This document shows positions 26,401-38,393 of a stretch of DNA of 64,000 bases, piece after piece. The notes under the pieces were generated by a model. It had not been told where the DNA came from, did no database searches, and saw only the letters and a list, made by a program, of their open reading frames with translations. The stretch is from Octopus sinensis (lineage: Eukaryota): contig NC_043024.1 in the NCBI RefSeq assembly GCF_006345805.1, forward strand, positions 11,718,001-11,782,000, in the 5' to 3' direction. The position numbers and the translations under genes were made by a program. Numbering within the stretch: the first letter of the stretch is position 1; the number at the start of each line of letters is the position of its first letter.

Positions 26401-29400
26401 GGCCATGCTGGGGCACCGCCATTTGGTGTTGCTACATGATTTTACTTCACGAATGCTTTTTAGCAATTGCCATTTGGTGCATGAGAGAGTTCGACGCAGC
26501 TGCCCTCATCTTCACCTCCTGCCGTGAAGTTGGTTCATCAGCTCACGAGCTGTGGCCATGCTGGGGCACCGCCATTTGGTGTTGCTACATGATTTTACTT
26601 CACGAATGCTTTTTAGCAATTGCCATTTGGTGCATGAGAGAGTTCGACGCAGCTGCCCTCATCTTCACCTCCTGCCGTGAAGTTGGTTCATCAGCTCACG
26701 AGCTGTGGCCATGATGGGGCACCGCCATTTGGTGTTGCTACATGATTTTACTTCACGAATGCTTTTTAGCAATTGCCATTTGGTGCATGAGAGAGTTCGA
26801 CGCAGCTGCCCTCATCTTCACCTCCTGCCGTGAAGTTGGTTCATCAGCTCACGAGCTGTGGCCATGCTGGGGCACCGCCATTTGGTGTTGCTACATGATT
26901 TTACTTCACGAATGCTTTTTAGCAATTGCCATTTGGTGCATGAGAGAGTTCGATGCAGCTGCCCTCATCTGCACCTCCTCCTGCCGTGAAGTTGGTTCAT
27001 CAGCTCACGAGCTGTGGCCATGCTGGGGCACCGCCATTTGGTGTTGCTACATGATTTTACTTCACGAATGCTTTTTAGCAATTGCCATTTGGTGCATGAG
27101 AGAGTTCGACGCAGCTGCCCTCATCTCACCTCCTGCCGTGAAGTTGGTTCATCAGCTCACGAGCTGTGGCCATGCTGGGGCACCGCCATTTGGTGTTGCT
27201 ACATGATTTTACTTCACGAATGCTTTTTAGCAATTGCCATTTGGTGCATGAGAGAGTTCGATGCAGCTGCCCTCATCTTCACCTCCTGCCGTGAAGTTGG
27301 TTCATCAGCTCACGAGCTGTGGCCATGCTGGGGCACCGCCATTTGGTGTTGCTACATGATTTTACTTCACGAATGCTTTTTAGCAATTGCCATTTGGTGC
27401 ATGAGAGAGTTCGACGCAGCTGCCCTCATCTGCACCTCCTGCCGTGAAGTTGGTTCATCAGCTCACGAGCTGTGGCCATGCTGGGGCACCGCCATTTGGT
27501 GTTGCTACATGATTTTACTTCACGAATGCTTTTTAGCAATTGCCATTTGGTGCATGAGAGAGTTCGACGCAGCTGCCCTCATCTGCACCTCCTGCCGTGA
27601 AGTTGGTTCATCAGCTCACGAGCTGTGGCCATGCTGGGGCACCGCCATTTGGTGTTGCTACATGATTTTACTTCACGAATGCTTTTTAGCAATTGCCATT
27701 TGGTGCATGAGAGAGTTCGATGCAGCTGCCCTCATCTGCACCTCCTGCCGTGAAGTTGGTTCATCAGCTCACGAGCTGTGGCCATGCTGGGGCACCGCCA
27801 TTTGGTGTTGCTACATGATTTTACTTCACGGATGCTTTTTAGCAATTGCCATTTGGTGCATGAGAGAGTTCGACGCAGCTGCCCTCATCTTCACCTCCTG
27901 CCGTGAAGTTGGTTCATCAGCTCACGAGCTGTGGCCATGCTGGGGCACCGCCATTTGGTGTTGCTACATGATTTTACTTCACGAATGCTTTTTAGCAATT
28001 GCCATTTGGTGCATGAGAGAGTTCGACGCAGCTGCCCTCATCTTCACCTCCTGCCGTGAAGTTGGTTCATCAGCTCACGAGCTGTGGCCATGCTGGGGCA
28101 CCGCCATTTGGTGTTGCTACATGATTTTACTTCACGAATGCTTTTTAGCAATTGCCATTTGGTGCATGAGAGAGTTCGACGCAGCTGCCCTCATCTTCAC
28201 CTCCTGCCGTGAAGTTGGTTCATCAGCTCACGAGCTGTGGCCATGCTGGGGCACCGCCATTTGGTGTTGCTACATGATTTTACTTCACGAATGCTTTTTA
28301 GCAATTGCCATTTGGTGCATGAGAGAGTTCGACGCAGCTGCCCTCATCTTCACCTCCTGCCGTGAAGTTGGTTCATCAGCTCACGAGCTGTGGCCATGCT
28401 GGGGCACCGCCATTTGGTGTTGCTACATGATTTTACTTCACGAATGCTTTTTAGCAATTGCCATTTGGTGCATGAGAGAGTTCGACGCAGCTGCCCTCAT
28501 CTTCACCTCCTGCCGTGAAGTTGGTTCATCAGCTCACGAGCTGTGGCCATGCTGGGGCACCGCCATTTGGTGTTGCTACATGATTTTACTTCACGAATGC
28601 TTTTAGCAATTGCCATTTGGTGCATGAGAGAGTTCGACGCAGCTGCCCTCATCTTCACCTCCTGCCGTGAAGTTGGTTCATCAGCTCACGAGCTGTGGCC
28701 ATGCTGGGGCACCGCCATTTGGTGTTGCTACATGATTTTACTTCACGAATGCTTTTTAGCAATTGCCATTTGGTGCATGAGAGAGTTCGACGCAGCTGCC
28801 CTCATCTGCACCTCCTGCCGTGAAGTTGGTTCATCAGCTCACGAGCTGTGGCCATGCTGGGCACCGCCATTTGGTGTTGCTACATGATTTTACTTCACGA
28901 ATGCTTTTTAGCAATTGCCATTTGGTGCATGAGAGAGTTCGACGCAGCTGCCCTCATCTGCACCTCCTGCCGTGAAGTTGGTTCATCAGCTCACGAGCTG
29001 TGGCCATGCTGGGGCACCGCCATTTGGTGTTGCTACATGATTTTACTTCACGAATGCTTTTTAGCAATTGCCATTTGGTGCATGAGAGAGTTCGACGCAG
29101 CTGCCCTCATCTGCACCTCCTGCCGTGAAGTTGGTTCATCAGCTCACGAGCTGTGGCCATGCTGGGGCACCGCCATTTGGTGTTGCTACATGATTTTACT
29201 TCACGAATGCTTTTAGCAATTGCCATTTGGTGCATGAGAGAGTTCGATGCAGCTGCCCTCATCTGCACCTCCTGCCGTGAAGTTGGTTCATCAGCTCACG
29301 AGCTGTGGCCATGCTGGGGCACCGCCATTTGGTGTTGCTACTATGATTTTACTTCACGGATGCTTTTTAGCAATTGCCATTTGGTGCATGAGAGAGTTCG

Positions 29401-30896
29401 ACGCAGCTGCCCTCATCTTCACCTCCTGCCGTGAAGTTGGTTCATCAGCTCACGAGCTGTGGCCATGCTGGGGCACCGCCATTTGGTGTTGCTACATGAT
29501 TTTACTTCACGAATGCTTTTAGCAATTGCCATTTGGTGCATGAGAGAGTTCGACGCAGCTGCTGCCCTCATCTTCACCTCCTGCCGTGAAGTTGGTTCAT
29601 CAGCTCACGAGCTGTGGCCATGCTGGGGCACCCGCCATTTGGTGTTGCTACATGATTTTACTTCACGAATGCTTTTTAGCAATTGCCATTTGGTGCATGA
29701 GAGAGTTCGACGCAGCTGCCCTCATCTTCACCTCCTGCCGTGAAGTTGGTTCATCAGCTCACGAGCTGTGGCCATGATGGGGCACCGCCATTTGGTGTTG
29801 CTACATGATTTTACTTCACGAATGCTTTTTAGCAATTGCCATTTGGTGCATGAGAGAGTTCGACGCAGCTGCCCTCATCTTCACCTCCTGCCGTGAAGTT
29901 GGTTCATCAGCTCACGAGCTGTGGCCATGCTGGGGCACCGCCATTTGGTGTTGCTACATGATTTTACTTCACGAATGCTTTTTAGCAATTGCCATTTGGT
30001 GCATGAGAGAGTTCGACGTAGCTGCCCTCATCTGCACCTCCTGCCGTGAAGTTGGTTCATCAGCTCACGAGCTGTGGCCATGCTGGGGCACCGCCATTTG
30101 GTGTTGCTACATGATTTTACTTCACGAATGCTTTTTAGCAATTGCCATTTGGTGCATGAGAGAGTTCGACGCAGCTGCCCTCATCTTCACCTCCTGCCGT
30201 GAAGTTGGTTCATCAGCTCACGAGCTGTGGCCATGCTGGGGCACCGCCATTTGGTGTTGCTACATGATTTTACTTCACGAATGCTTTTTAGCAATTGCCA
30301 TTTGGTGCATGAGAGAGTTCGACGCAGCTGCCCTCATCTTCACCCTCCTGCCGTGAAGTTGGTTCATCAGCTCACGAGCTGTGGCCATGCTGGGGCACCG
30401 CCATTTGGTGTTGCTACATGATTTTACTTCACGAATGCTTTTTAGCAATTGCCATTTGGTGCATGAGAGAGTTCGACGCAGCTGCCCTCATCTTCACCTC
30501 CTGCCGTGAAGTTGGTTCATCAGCTCACGAGCTGTGGCCATGCTGGGGCACCGCCATTTGGTGTTGCTACATGATTTTACTTCACGAATGCTTTTTAGCA
30601 ATTGCCATTTGGTGCATGAGAGAGTTCGACGCAGCTGCCCTCATCTGCACCTCCTGCCGTGAAGTTGGTTCATCAGCTCACGAGCTGTGGCCATGCTGGG
30701 GCACCGCCATTTGGTGTTGCTACATGATTTTACTTCACGGATGCTTTTTAGCAATTGCCATTTGGTGCATGAGAGAGTTCGATGCAGCTGCCCTCATCTG
30801 CACCTCCTGCCGTGAAGTTGGTTCATCCGGGACACCGGACAGGAAGAGATCCAGTTTCATTTTCAAGACATCTGCATCCACCCCATGCAGGTCTCT

Positions 30897-30897
<1 letters not shown>
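11475..30897 (-). mobile_element. 5'-truncated CR1-group LINE whose last 153 bp are amplified into an array of about 126 tandem copies (11511-30825)
   Basis: Minus strand: unique 5' part [24 protein letters not shown] (30826-30897), then repeats of [29 protein letters not shown] plus 3' UTR, then the true terminus ctgaaactaga and an (AAAT)n tail at 11475-11503. 19315/153 = 126.2 units. Confidence 0.9.
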
Positions 30898-30928
<31 letters not shown>

Positions 30929-31276
30929 AATATATATACATATATACACAAATACATATATACACATATACATAAATATATACATATATTTATACATACA
31001 TACATATATATATATATACATATACATACATATATATATATACATATATATATATACATATATACATACATACACACACACATATATATACATAAATACA
31101 CAAATAAATATACATAAATATATACATATATATACACATACATACATATATATATATACATATACATACACATACATATATATATATATATACATATATA
31201 CATACATATATATATATACATACATACATACACACACACACATATATATACATAAATAGACACATAAATATACATA
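30898..31276. repeat. Compound (TA)n/(TACA)n microsatellite
   Basis: Direct inspection. Confidence 0.95.
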
Positions 31277-31448
31277 AATTTCCAGCAAGATATTATTAGT
31301 ATGGTTGTATGGATGTAGTCAGTTTTTTTTAATGAAAATTCCAGATGTTTTGAACGAATACAAAAGAAATTTAAAAAGCAAGACCTTGAAATGTAATTAT
31401 AATTTTTTACTGGAAAGAATCACAAACAACAATTAAAAACCTAAAACC

Positions 31449-32151
31449 GGATCTTTTCGGTTTGACCGGCAGTTTTAACATAATTTCTAGGTAACTAAAT
31501 AAACACTTTTAAACTTCGTATACTGGTAGAATGTGTTTATAAAACATCTTTTTCTCTTGGCTTTATTGAGAAAATCCTATAGTTTGTAAGATATTTGGTT
31601 CTTTTATTCTTGCATTTCGGCAATTTCAACCAATCAATGACCGTCTATTGAGGTGAAAACATTCTGTGCCGTATGAATATGTCTCTCATTTAAGAAACAG
31701 ATTGGGTTTATTTACATTTTTGAAGAAAAAAAGATACCCTTCCCTCACCCCTAACCCTAACTAACCCTAAATCTAGAATAGATTGAAATGCAATAGATCG
31801 ATACTAGGGTCATAATTATGGTGACAATTTTAGGGTTAGGGTCAGGGGTTAGGGGTGGGGGGAAGGGTATCTTTTTTTCTTCACAAATGTAAATAAACCC
31901 AATCTGTTTCTTAAACGAGGTACATATTCATACGGCACAAAATGTTTTCACCTCAATAGACGCCATTGATTGTTTGAAAATGCCGAAATGCAAGAAATTA
32001 AAGACCAAATATCTTACAAAACATATAATTTTCTCAATAAAGCCAAGAGAAAAAGATGTCTTATAAACACATTCTACCAGTATACGAAGTTTAAAAGTGT
32101 TTAGTTACCTAGAAATTATGTTAAAAACTGCCGTTCAAACCGAAAAGATCC
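31449..32151. mobile_element. Foldback/MITE with about 320-bp inverted arms ending internally in CCCTAA/TTAGGG
   Basis: ggatcttttcggtttg...ccctaaccctaa (31449-31770) is mirrored at 31829-32151. Partial related arm at 33708-33920. Confidence 0.85.
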
Positions 32152-32189
32152 CTAAAAGCTTGACCCCTTGAATACAGTATGTAACTATG

Positions 32190-32365
32190 TGCATGCATCT
32201 GTGTATTTTGATTTCATTCTCCTATGTTTTCGACGAAGAGCTCCGCTCGAAACGTTAAACCCTCCTTCTTCCCTTCCTTCCTGAGCGTCCAATAATACTA
32301 TATTTGTTCCCCGTCCTCGCGTTGTTGTGTTTTCTCTTTGTGTTTTCATGTTTGGATTAACTTTA
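32190..32365 (+). mobile_element. Penelope-like terminal fragment with degenerate minimal hammerhead
   Basis: 32231-32256 reads GUUU-UCGACGA-A-GAGC-UCC-GCUC-GAAA-CGU-U-AAAC, with palindromic ACGU. Confidence 0.5.
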
Positions 32366-32479
32366 TTTAGACTGTCTAATATGGTGTTATACTGTTGTAA
32401 AATATTTATGTAATACAGTTTAAAAAATTTTATTTTAATGTGTTAATTGAATTATATTACGTATATAATTATTTACAAT

Positions 32480-32915
32480 AATATACATCTGGAAGATCCT
32501 AGAAGGACTTGTCCCAAACTTTGGCATCGAGAGTTACACAAATGTTAGACCTGGGCGCCACTGCATGGTGGCAAGGACTCCAAATTTGCCATCAAGATGT
32601 AGGACAAGATACTGTGATAGCCTGGGCTCCAGAGGCCCACAGCTCTTCAATATTCTCCCAAAGAACCTAAGAGACCTGCATGGGGTGGATGCAGATGTCT
32701 TTAAAATAAAACTGGATCTCTTCCTGTCAGGTGTCCCAACTTCACGGCAGGAGGTGCAGATGAGGGCAGCTGCGTCGAACTCTCTCATGCACCAAATGGC
32801 ATTTGCTAAAAAGCATTCGTGGAGTAAAATCATGTAGCAACACCAAATGGCGGTGCCCCAGCATGGCCACAGCTCGTGAGCTTAAACGAGATAAAATAAA
32901 AAATAAAATAAATAA
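32480..32915 (+). mobile_element. 5'-truncated CR1-group LINE, same family as the array, single 3' end
   Basis: ...[39 protein letters not shown](del)[27 protein letters not shown], then 3' UTR and TAAAA tail. Confidence 0.85.
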
Positions 32916-33096
32916 AATGGGTATTTTGATTCCACCCTTCAATTTCAAGTTTTCTTCGATTTTGTAATTGGATGAATTTATATTGAATTCATTTATTTTG
33001 TTTATTGCATGCTTAAGACCGTTAATTGAAGGGACAAATCCATTTTAAAGGTGAATCCTTCAACTAGCTTTGATCATATAATTATGTTCTATTTTG

Positions 33097-33484
33097 TGGA
33101 GGCGCAATGGCCTAGTGGTTAGGGCAGCGGACTCGCGGTCATAGGATCGCGGTTTCGATTCCCAGACCGGGCGTTGTGAGTGTTTATTGAGCGAAAACAC
33201 CTAAAGCTCCACGAGGCTCCGGCAGGGGTGGTGGCAATCCCTGCTGTACTCTTTCACCACAACTTTCCCTCACTCTTACTTCCTGTTTCTGTTGTACCTG
33301 TATTTCAAAGGGCCGGCCTTGTCACTCTCTGTGTCACGCTGAATCTCCCCGAGAACTACGTTTAGGGTGCACGTGCTTGTGGAGTGCTCAGACACTTACA
33401 CGTTAATTTCACGAGCAGGCTGTTCCGTTGATTCGGATCAACCGGAACCCTCATCGTCGTAACCGACGGAGTGCTTCCATCCAT
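33097..33484 (+). mobile_element. tRNA-derived SINE (family 1 head, tail type C) with target-site duplication
   Basis: Same head as 2302-2604 with a third tail type. Flanked on both sides by atgttctatttt. Confidence 0.85.
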
Positions 33485-33562
33485 GTTCTATTTTAACAAC
33501 AACTTTTGTTACATTTCTGCTGCTTTTAAATAATTCAGGTGAATTATTATTAAATTATTCAG

Positions 33563-33677
33563 GTGAAACATGTCACCATAACTACTTTGTATAATGTCGG
33601 CGAACAGTTCCAGAAAGGACCATTTCGGTATTGCGAATGCGTAGGGAAAGAATCTCTTAATTGCTTTCTGAACTCGT
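33563..33677 (+). CDS. Exon 3, 4-Cys module GETCHHN/TLYNVGEQFQKGPFRYCECVGKESLNCFLNS with an apparent frameshift
   Basis: ttattcag acceptor and gtatgt donor. It is 115 bp (not a multiple of 3) and the frame breaks near 33583. Cys spacing matches the other modules. Confidence 0.6.
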
Positions 33678-34213
33678 GTATGTTATTTTTCTTTCTATTA
33701 AATCTGTTGGATCTTTTCCGGATCTTTTCCTTTTGAACGGCAGTTTTCAACACAATTTCTAGTTAACTAAACACTTTCAAACTTCGTATACTGGTAGAAT
33801 GTGTCAAAATAAAACATTTATTTCTCTTGGCTTTCTTGAGAAAATTGTAATTTGTAAGTTTAGCATAGTTTAATTTTTCGAATTTTAACCAATCGATGGC
33901 CTCTATTTAGCTAAAATCATTTGCTTCTATACTACCTGAGATGTTTTAGACTATAACTGTTGTCACTTCCGTGTTATACGGTGGATTATACCAAGTAATA
34001 TACGTAGATCTATTCGTCTTTACCGGATACTGTAGATTATATATCACAATTCCTCTTTCAAGCAACTATAAGCTAAAGCCTTGTTATTTTAAGTTGAATG
34101 ATCCTTAAATATCTGTACATTCAATTACGCCTTAGATTAATCTTAACGTTACATTTGTATCAGCTACTTATTTCTGATCTGTCTAATCTATAAATTATTT
34201 TCACATTATTCAG

Positions 34214-34327
34214 TTACAAACTGTTCGATTTTGAATGAGCAGTTGGGAGGGGTCATTCCGCTCGGAGAACCATTAACGGAGTGCGAATGCTACACGAACG
34301 GGTCCTTCATATGCATTTATCAACGAG
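34214..34327 (+). CDS. Exon 4, 4-Cys module xTNCSILNEQLGGVIPLGEPLTECECYTNGSFICIYQR
   Basis: ttattcag / gtaagt, 114 bp, phase 1-1, open. The upstream intron is homologous to that of exon 9. Confidence 0.8.
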
Positions 34328-34575
34328 GTAAGTTTGTTTATTAAATCTGAATCTCTTATTATAAAAGGCAGATTTTATCTGCCTCCCTTTGTCTCTTATA
34401 GAAATCTACAATATAGGATTTCTTCAATTACAATTTACCTAGCATTTTTAAGAGTAGAATAAATCGGGTCGTGCCAGGTCCAGTTTTTAAAATTTCAACC
34501 CCAATTAAGCAAAATTTAGAGAAAACTCACATTGTGGTGTGTAAGTCAAGTGCTTTTCTTAGTGTGGGCTCTAGC

Positions 34576-34629
<54 letters not shown>

Positions 34630-35513
34630 AGTGATCTGCTTCACTCACGCTATCACTCTAATTTCTACTCCTTTCTCTTTGCAAGTGTGCAACGATTAAA
34701 GTGAAACTGTTTCTATAAAATGAGAGAAGTGTACCTTAAACCACTACTAAAAAAAACACAGCAAACAGAAACAAATAAATACATAACGATTTACTCCTCA
34801 CACAATTTCTTCAATTAGAGTTTACCCATGATTTTTCAAAGTACTTTCATTGGGTCATGCCATACAAAATTTCTTTCAATTTTACCCCCAATTAAGACAA
34901 AATTCGAGAAAACTCAATATTTTAACATTTCACTCCGAAAGCATTGATGTACATGTGTGCGTGCGTGAGTGTGTGTGTGTCATTCCTCACACACACGCAT
35001 ACACATACATATATGACAGTGACAAACACAAACGTTTCAAACAACTACATACAAACACGTGTGTGTTTGTTATTAGTAAAAAAGGCGCCAAACACAACTC
35101 ACTTCTCATTCCAACACATTTGCAAAGACACACGGACGGTCGAATTGCTATAACAATACAGAAAAGGTAAATTGGTTTTTGATTTACTTTCTGTCGTTAA
35201 ATTTTGGTAGTATTAATTGGCGAGCCGAGCTTCTTTCAGTATATATTTATACATACATAAATATATACACATATTCTGTATATATTTTATTATATAATAT
35301 TATATATAGATATATGTATATATAATTGCAGTATGAAACAGTGTTTATGTATAAACAGACGACACTTATATATAGTTATTACTAAATGTATGCATCCGTT
35401 TAAAAGAAAAGCCAAAAAATATTTTATTCTTTATAAATGTTGTGTTCAAAATAACATTTTCTTTTAAGAATGTGTATATAACAAAGTATGTGTATATAAC
35501 TACGTGGCTTATA

Positions 35514-35910
35514 TCTTTATATATAAAAGTGAAGTTGTGTGTCTGTCTCCTACGATTTAGATTCCTAAATACTCCCACATTTTGCAGTGCAGTTTAACCA
35601 AAAGCGGGTATTTTATAGTCGTGATTCATATCGAGCCCTTCTGGGTATTAGCGCGCGTCTACGATGAGTCTACGATTAAAAAAAATTTACCATCATATTT
35701 TTCCATTTTAATGCATTTTTTTCGCTATTATATAAGGGAAGTAACTCTCTAAAAATATCTACGATGTGTCAACGATTTAAAAAAAAATTTACCTTAATTT
35801 CTTTTCCATTTTTAATGCATATTTTTGCTATGTTTTGGCTATAACTCTCTAAAAATGCTTATATAGTTATTTCCCTTACAAACCCGAGCAACGCCGGGCG
35901 ATACTGCTAG
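35514..35910 (+). mobile_element. Non-autonomous Helitron-like element
   Basis: A|TC start and cccgagcaacgccggg hairpin plus CTAG|T end. Termini resemble 2922-3700. Confidence 0.75.
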
Positions 35911-36407
35911 TTTCTTATATAAACGAAGCCATGATTATTTTGTTCTGTTTAGCATAATTGACTTATAATCTCTGCTATTTATATACGGGCTTCTGCACAT
36001 TTTCCATCTATCAAAGTCGACTCTCCAAACTTTGGACGATTCAGATTTTGAGCTTCTTAATGTCGTTGTGCACCATATTTATGATAGTCCACTCCGTTAC
36101 CTGACGATCTTTCTCTATGGCCGTCATTAATTTCCCAGGATTATCATAGATAATGATTTGAACACCTATGATGAACTGTGGTGTCCTTTTTCAGTTCCAG
36201 CATTTAGAATGATTTTTTTCTCTTGATAGAATTAAAATATTCTTGCCAGAAGCGTTCCAATTTCATACGAATTACGTGTTTCTTGGGTAACAAAGAATGC
36301 TTTTGGCTATTACCGTTAAGACACCCGTATTGTATGGTAATATACGTGGGTCTATTCCTCTTAACCCGACGCTTGTTAATATACATCACAATTCCTCCTT
36401 CAAACCA

Positions 36408-37485
36408 ATCTATCTATCCGCTCAGTCGAAGTCGACTCTCGGTTACTCGTTGGATCAGTGTCCTCCAGTCAGTTCTATCCTGGGCCGTTTCTTTCAGATT
36501 GGCCATGGCCATTCCCGTGTCACTCTTGATGGTGTCAAGCCAGTGGGTACTTGGTCGGCCTCTTCCTCTCTTGCCACTGATGTCCGAGCATGATGTCCTT
36601 CTCCAGGGATTTTCTCCACATAATATGACCGAAATATGCCAATCTATGCTTGGTGATCCTAGCTTCTAGCGACATTTTCGGCCTGATCTGCTTAAGAACT
36701 TTTCTATTGGTCAGCCTCTTCCTCTCTTGCCACTGACCATTCCGAGTATGATGTCCTTCTCCAGGGATTTTCTCCCCATAATATGACCGAAATATGCCAA
36801 TCTATGCTTGGTGATCCTAGCTTCTAGCGACATTTTCGGCCTGATCTGCTTAAGAACTTTTCTATTGGTCAGCCTCTTCCTCTCTTGCCACTGACCATTC
36901 CGAGCATGATGTCCTTCTCCTGATATTTTCTCCCCATAATCTGACTGAAATATGCCAATCTATGCTTGGTGATCCTAGCTTCTAGCGACATTTTCGGCCT
37001 GATCTGCTTAAGAACTTTTCTATTGGTCAGCCTCTTCCTCTCTTGCCACTGACCATTCCGAGCATGATGTCCTTCTCCAGATATTTTCTCCCCATAATCT
37101 GACTGAAATATGCCAATCTATGCTTGGTGATCCTAGCTTCTAGCGACATTTTCGGCCTGATCTGCTTAAGAACTTTTCTATTGGTCAGCCTCTTCCTCTC
37201 TTGCCATTGACCATTCCGAGCATGATGTCCTTCTCCAGATATTTTCTCCCCATAATCTGACTGAAATATGCCAATCTATGCTTGGTGATCCTAGCTTCTA
37301 GCGACATTTTCGGCCTGATCTGCTTAAGAACTTTTCTATTGGTCAGCCTCTTCCTCTCTTGCCATTGACCATTCCGAGCATGATGTCCTTCTCCTGATAT
37401 TTTCTCCCCATAATCGGACTGAAATATGCCAATCTATGCTTGGTGATCCTAGCTTCTAGCGACATTTTCGGCCTGATCTGCTTAA
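36408..37485 (-). mobile_element. 5'-truncated RTE-clade LINE with about six tandem 158-bp units, flanked by a 142-bp direct repeat (36232-36373, 37482-37623)
   Basis: Minus strand reads KQIRPKMSLEARITKHRLAYF...KDIMLG..SGKRGRGRPSTHWLDTIKSD...DRTDWRTLIQRVTESRLRLSG*, BovB/RTE-like, with a (GATA) tail. Units start at 36553, 36709, 36867, 37025, 37183 and 37341. Confidence 0.85.
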
Positions 37486-37907
37486 AATATTCTGGCCAGA
37501 AGCGTTCCAATTTCATACGAATTACGTGTTTCTTGAGTAACAAAGAATGCTTTTGGCTATAACCGTTAAGACACCCGTATGGTATGGTAATATACGTGGG
37601 TCTATTCCTCTTAACCCGACGCTAATGCTTTGTTATATTAAGTTGAGTGATCTTTAACTATCTGCATGTTCACGCACTACCTATAAATTTCTGGAGATGT
37701 ACTTGCATAGCGAGTGAATTGATCTGAGATCGTGTGCTGGAACGAAAACAATTGCAGCGTGGAAGGTGTTTATAAGCCATTTAAGAAACACACCAAAACC
37801 GTTAGATTCACTTCAACATTTAAATTTAATTTTAATTTTAATTTTATATATATTTAATTTTGTATATATATATATATATTATATATATATATTATATATA
37901 TATATAT

Positions 37908-37937
<30 letters not shown>

Positions 37938-37939
<2 letters not shown>

Positions 37940-38204
37940 CAAATAAATGAAAGAATGGAGTTGAACGACGAATTAATATTTTAAAGAAACACTCATTATC
38001 GATATGGGCTCCGTGTGGGCAGTCATCTAAAAGTTTTTGTGCATCTTGATGCTGACACAAGGTCCTTGTTTTTCCTGATGAGAAGGCGGCATAATGCACC
38101 CCTTATTCCTTCGAAATTAGGAATATGCAGCCTTCGAAACATATGTCGACATTAAAGGAATTTTGTTAATTCGTCGTTCAACTCCATTCTTTCATTTATT
38201 TGTA
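37938..38204. mobile_element. MITE with about 40-bp TIRs, TA-flanked
   Basis: tacaaataaatgaaagaatggagttgaacgacgaattaa is mirrored at 38166-38204. Confidence 0.7.
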
Positions 38205-38393
38205 TTAAAAAACCACACAAATTTCCACACGAAAGCACGTGATCTCTGCCCTAGGCATGTAGCTTCAACCGTGTTTTTCTGACGTGAATTTGCTACCCAG
38301 GTACCGGTTAACCGAATTATCCATAATAAGATAATTCATTCAACTACTCAAATACTTATATATATATATGTATATATATATATGTATATAATT

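Noticed and set aside
11511-30825. Retrozyme / hammerhead in the 153-bp unit (the junction creates CTGATGA on the minus strand)
   Set aside because: No GAAA follows a stem II, and no stem I/III could be built. The motif is a by-product of the junction.
11511-30825. CRISPR array or C/D snoRNA cluster
   Set aside because: There are no unique spacers and the context is eukaryotic. The CUGA/UGAUGA boxes overlap at the junction without a terminal stem, and the unit derives from LINE coding sequence.
11678-30975. Dozens of Cys/Trp-rich ORFs (up to 530 aa) as a stand-alone repeat protein gene
   Set aside because: They are the antisense frame of a LINE 3' end. The unit is 153 bp (51 codons), so one stop-free frame propagates automatically. 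There is no own promoter, and the frame breaks every few units. Only the cryptic-splice hypothesis is kept as a finding.
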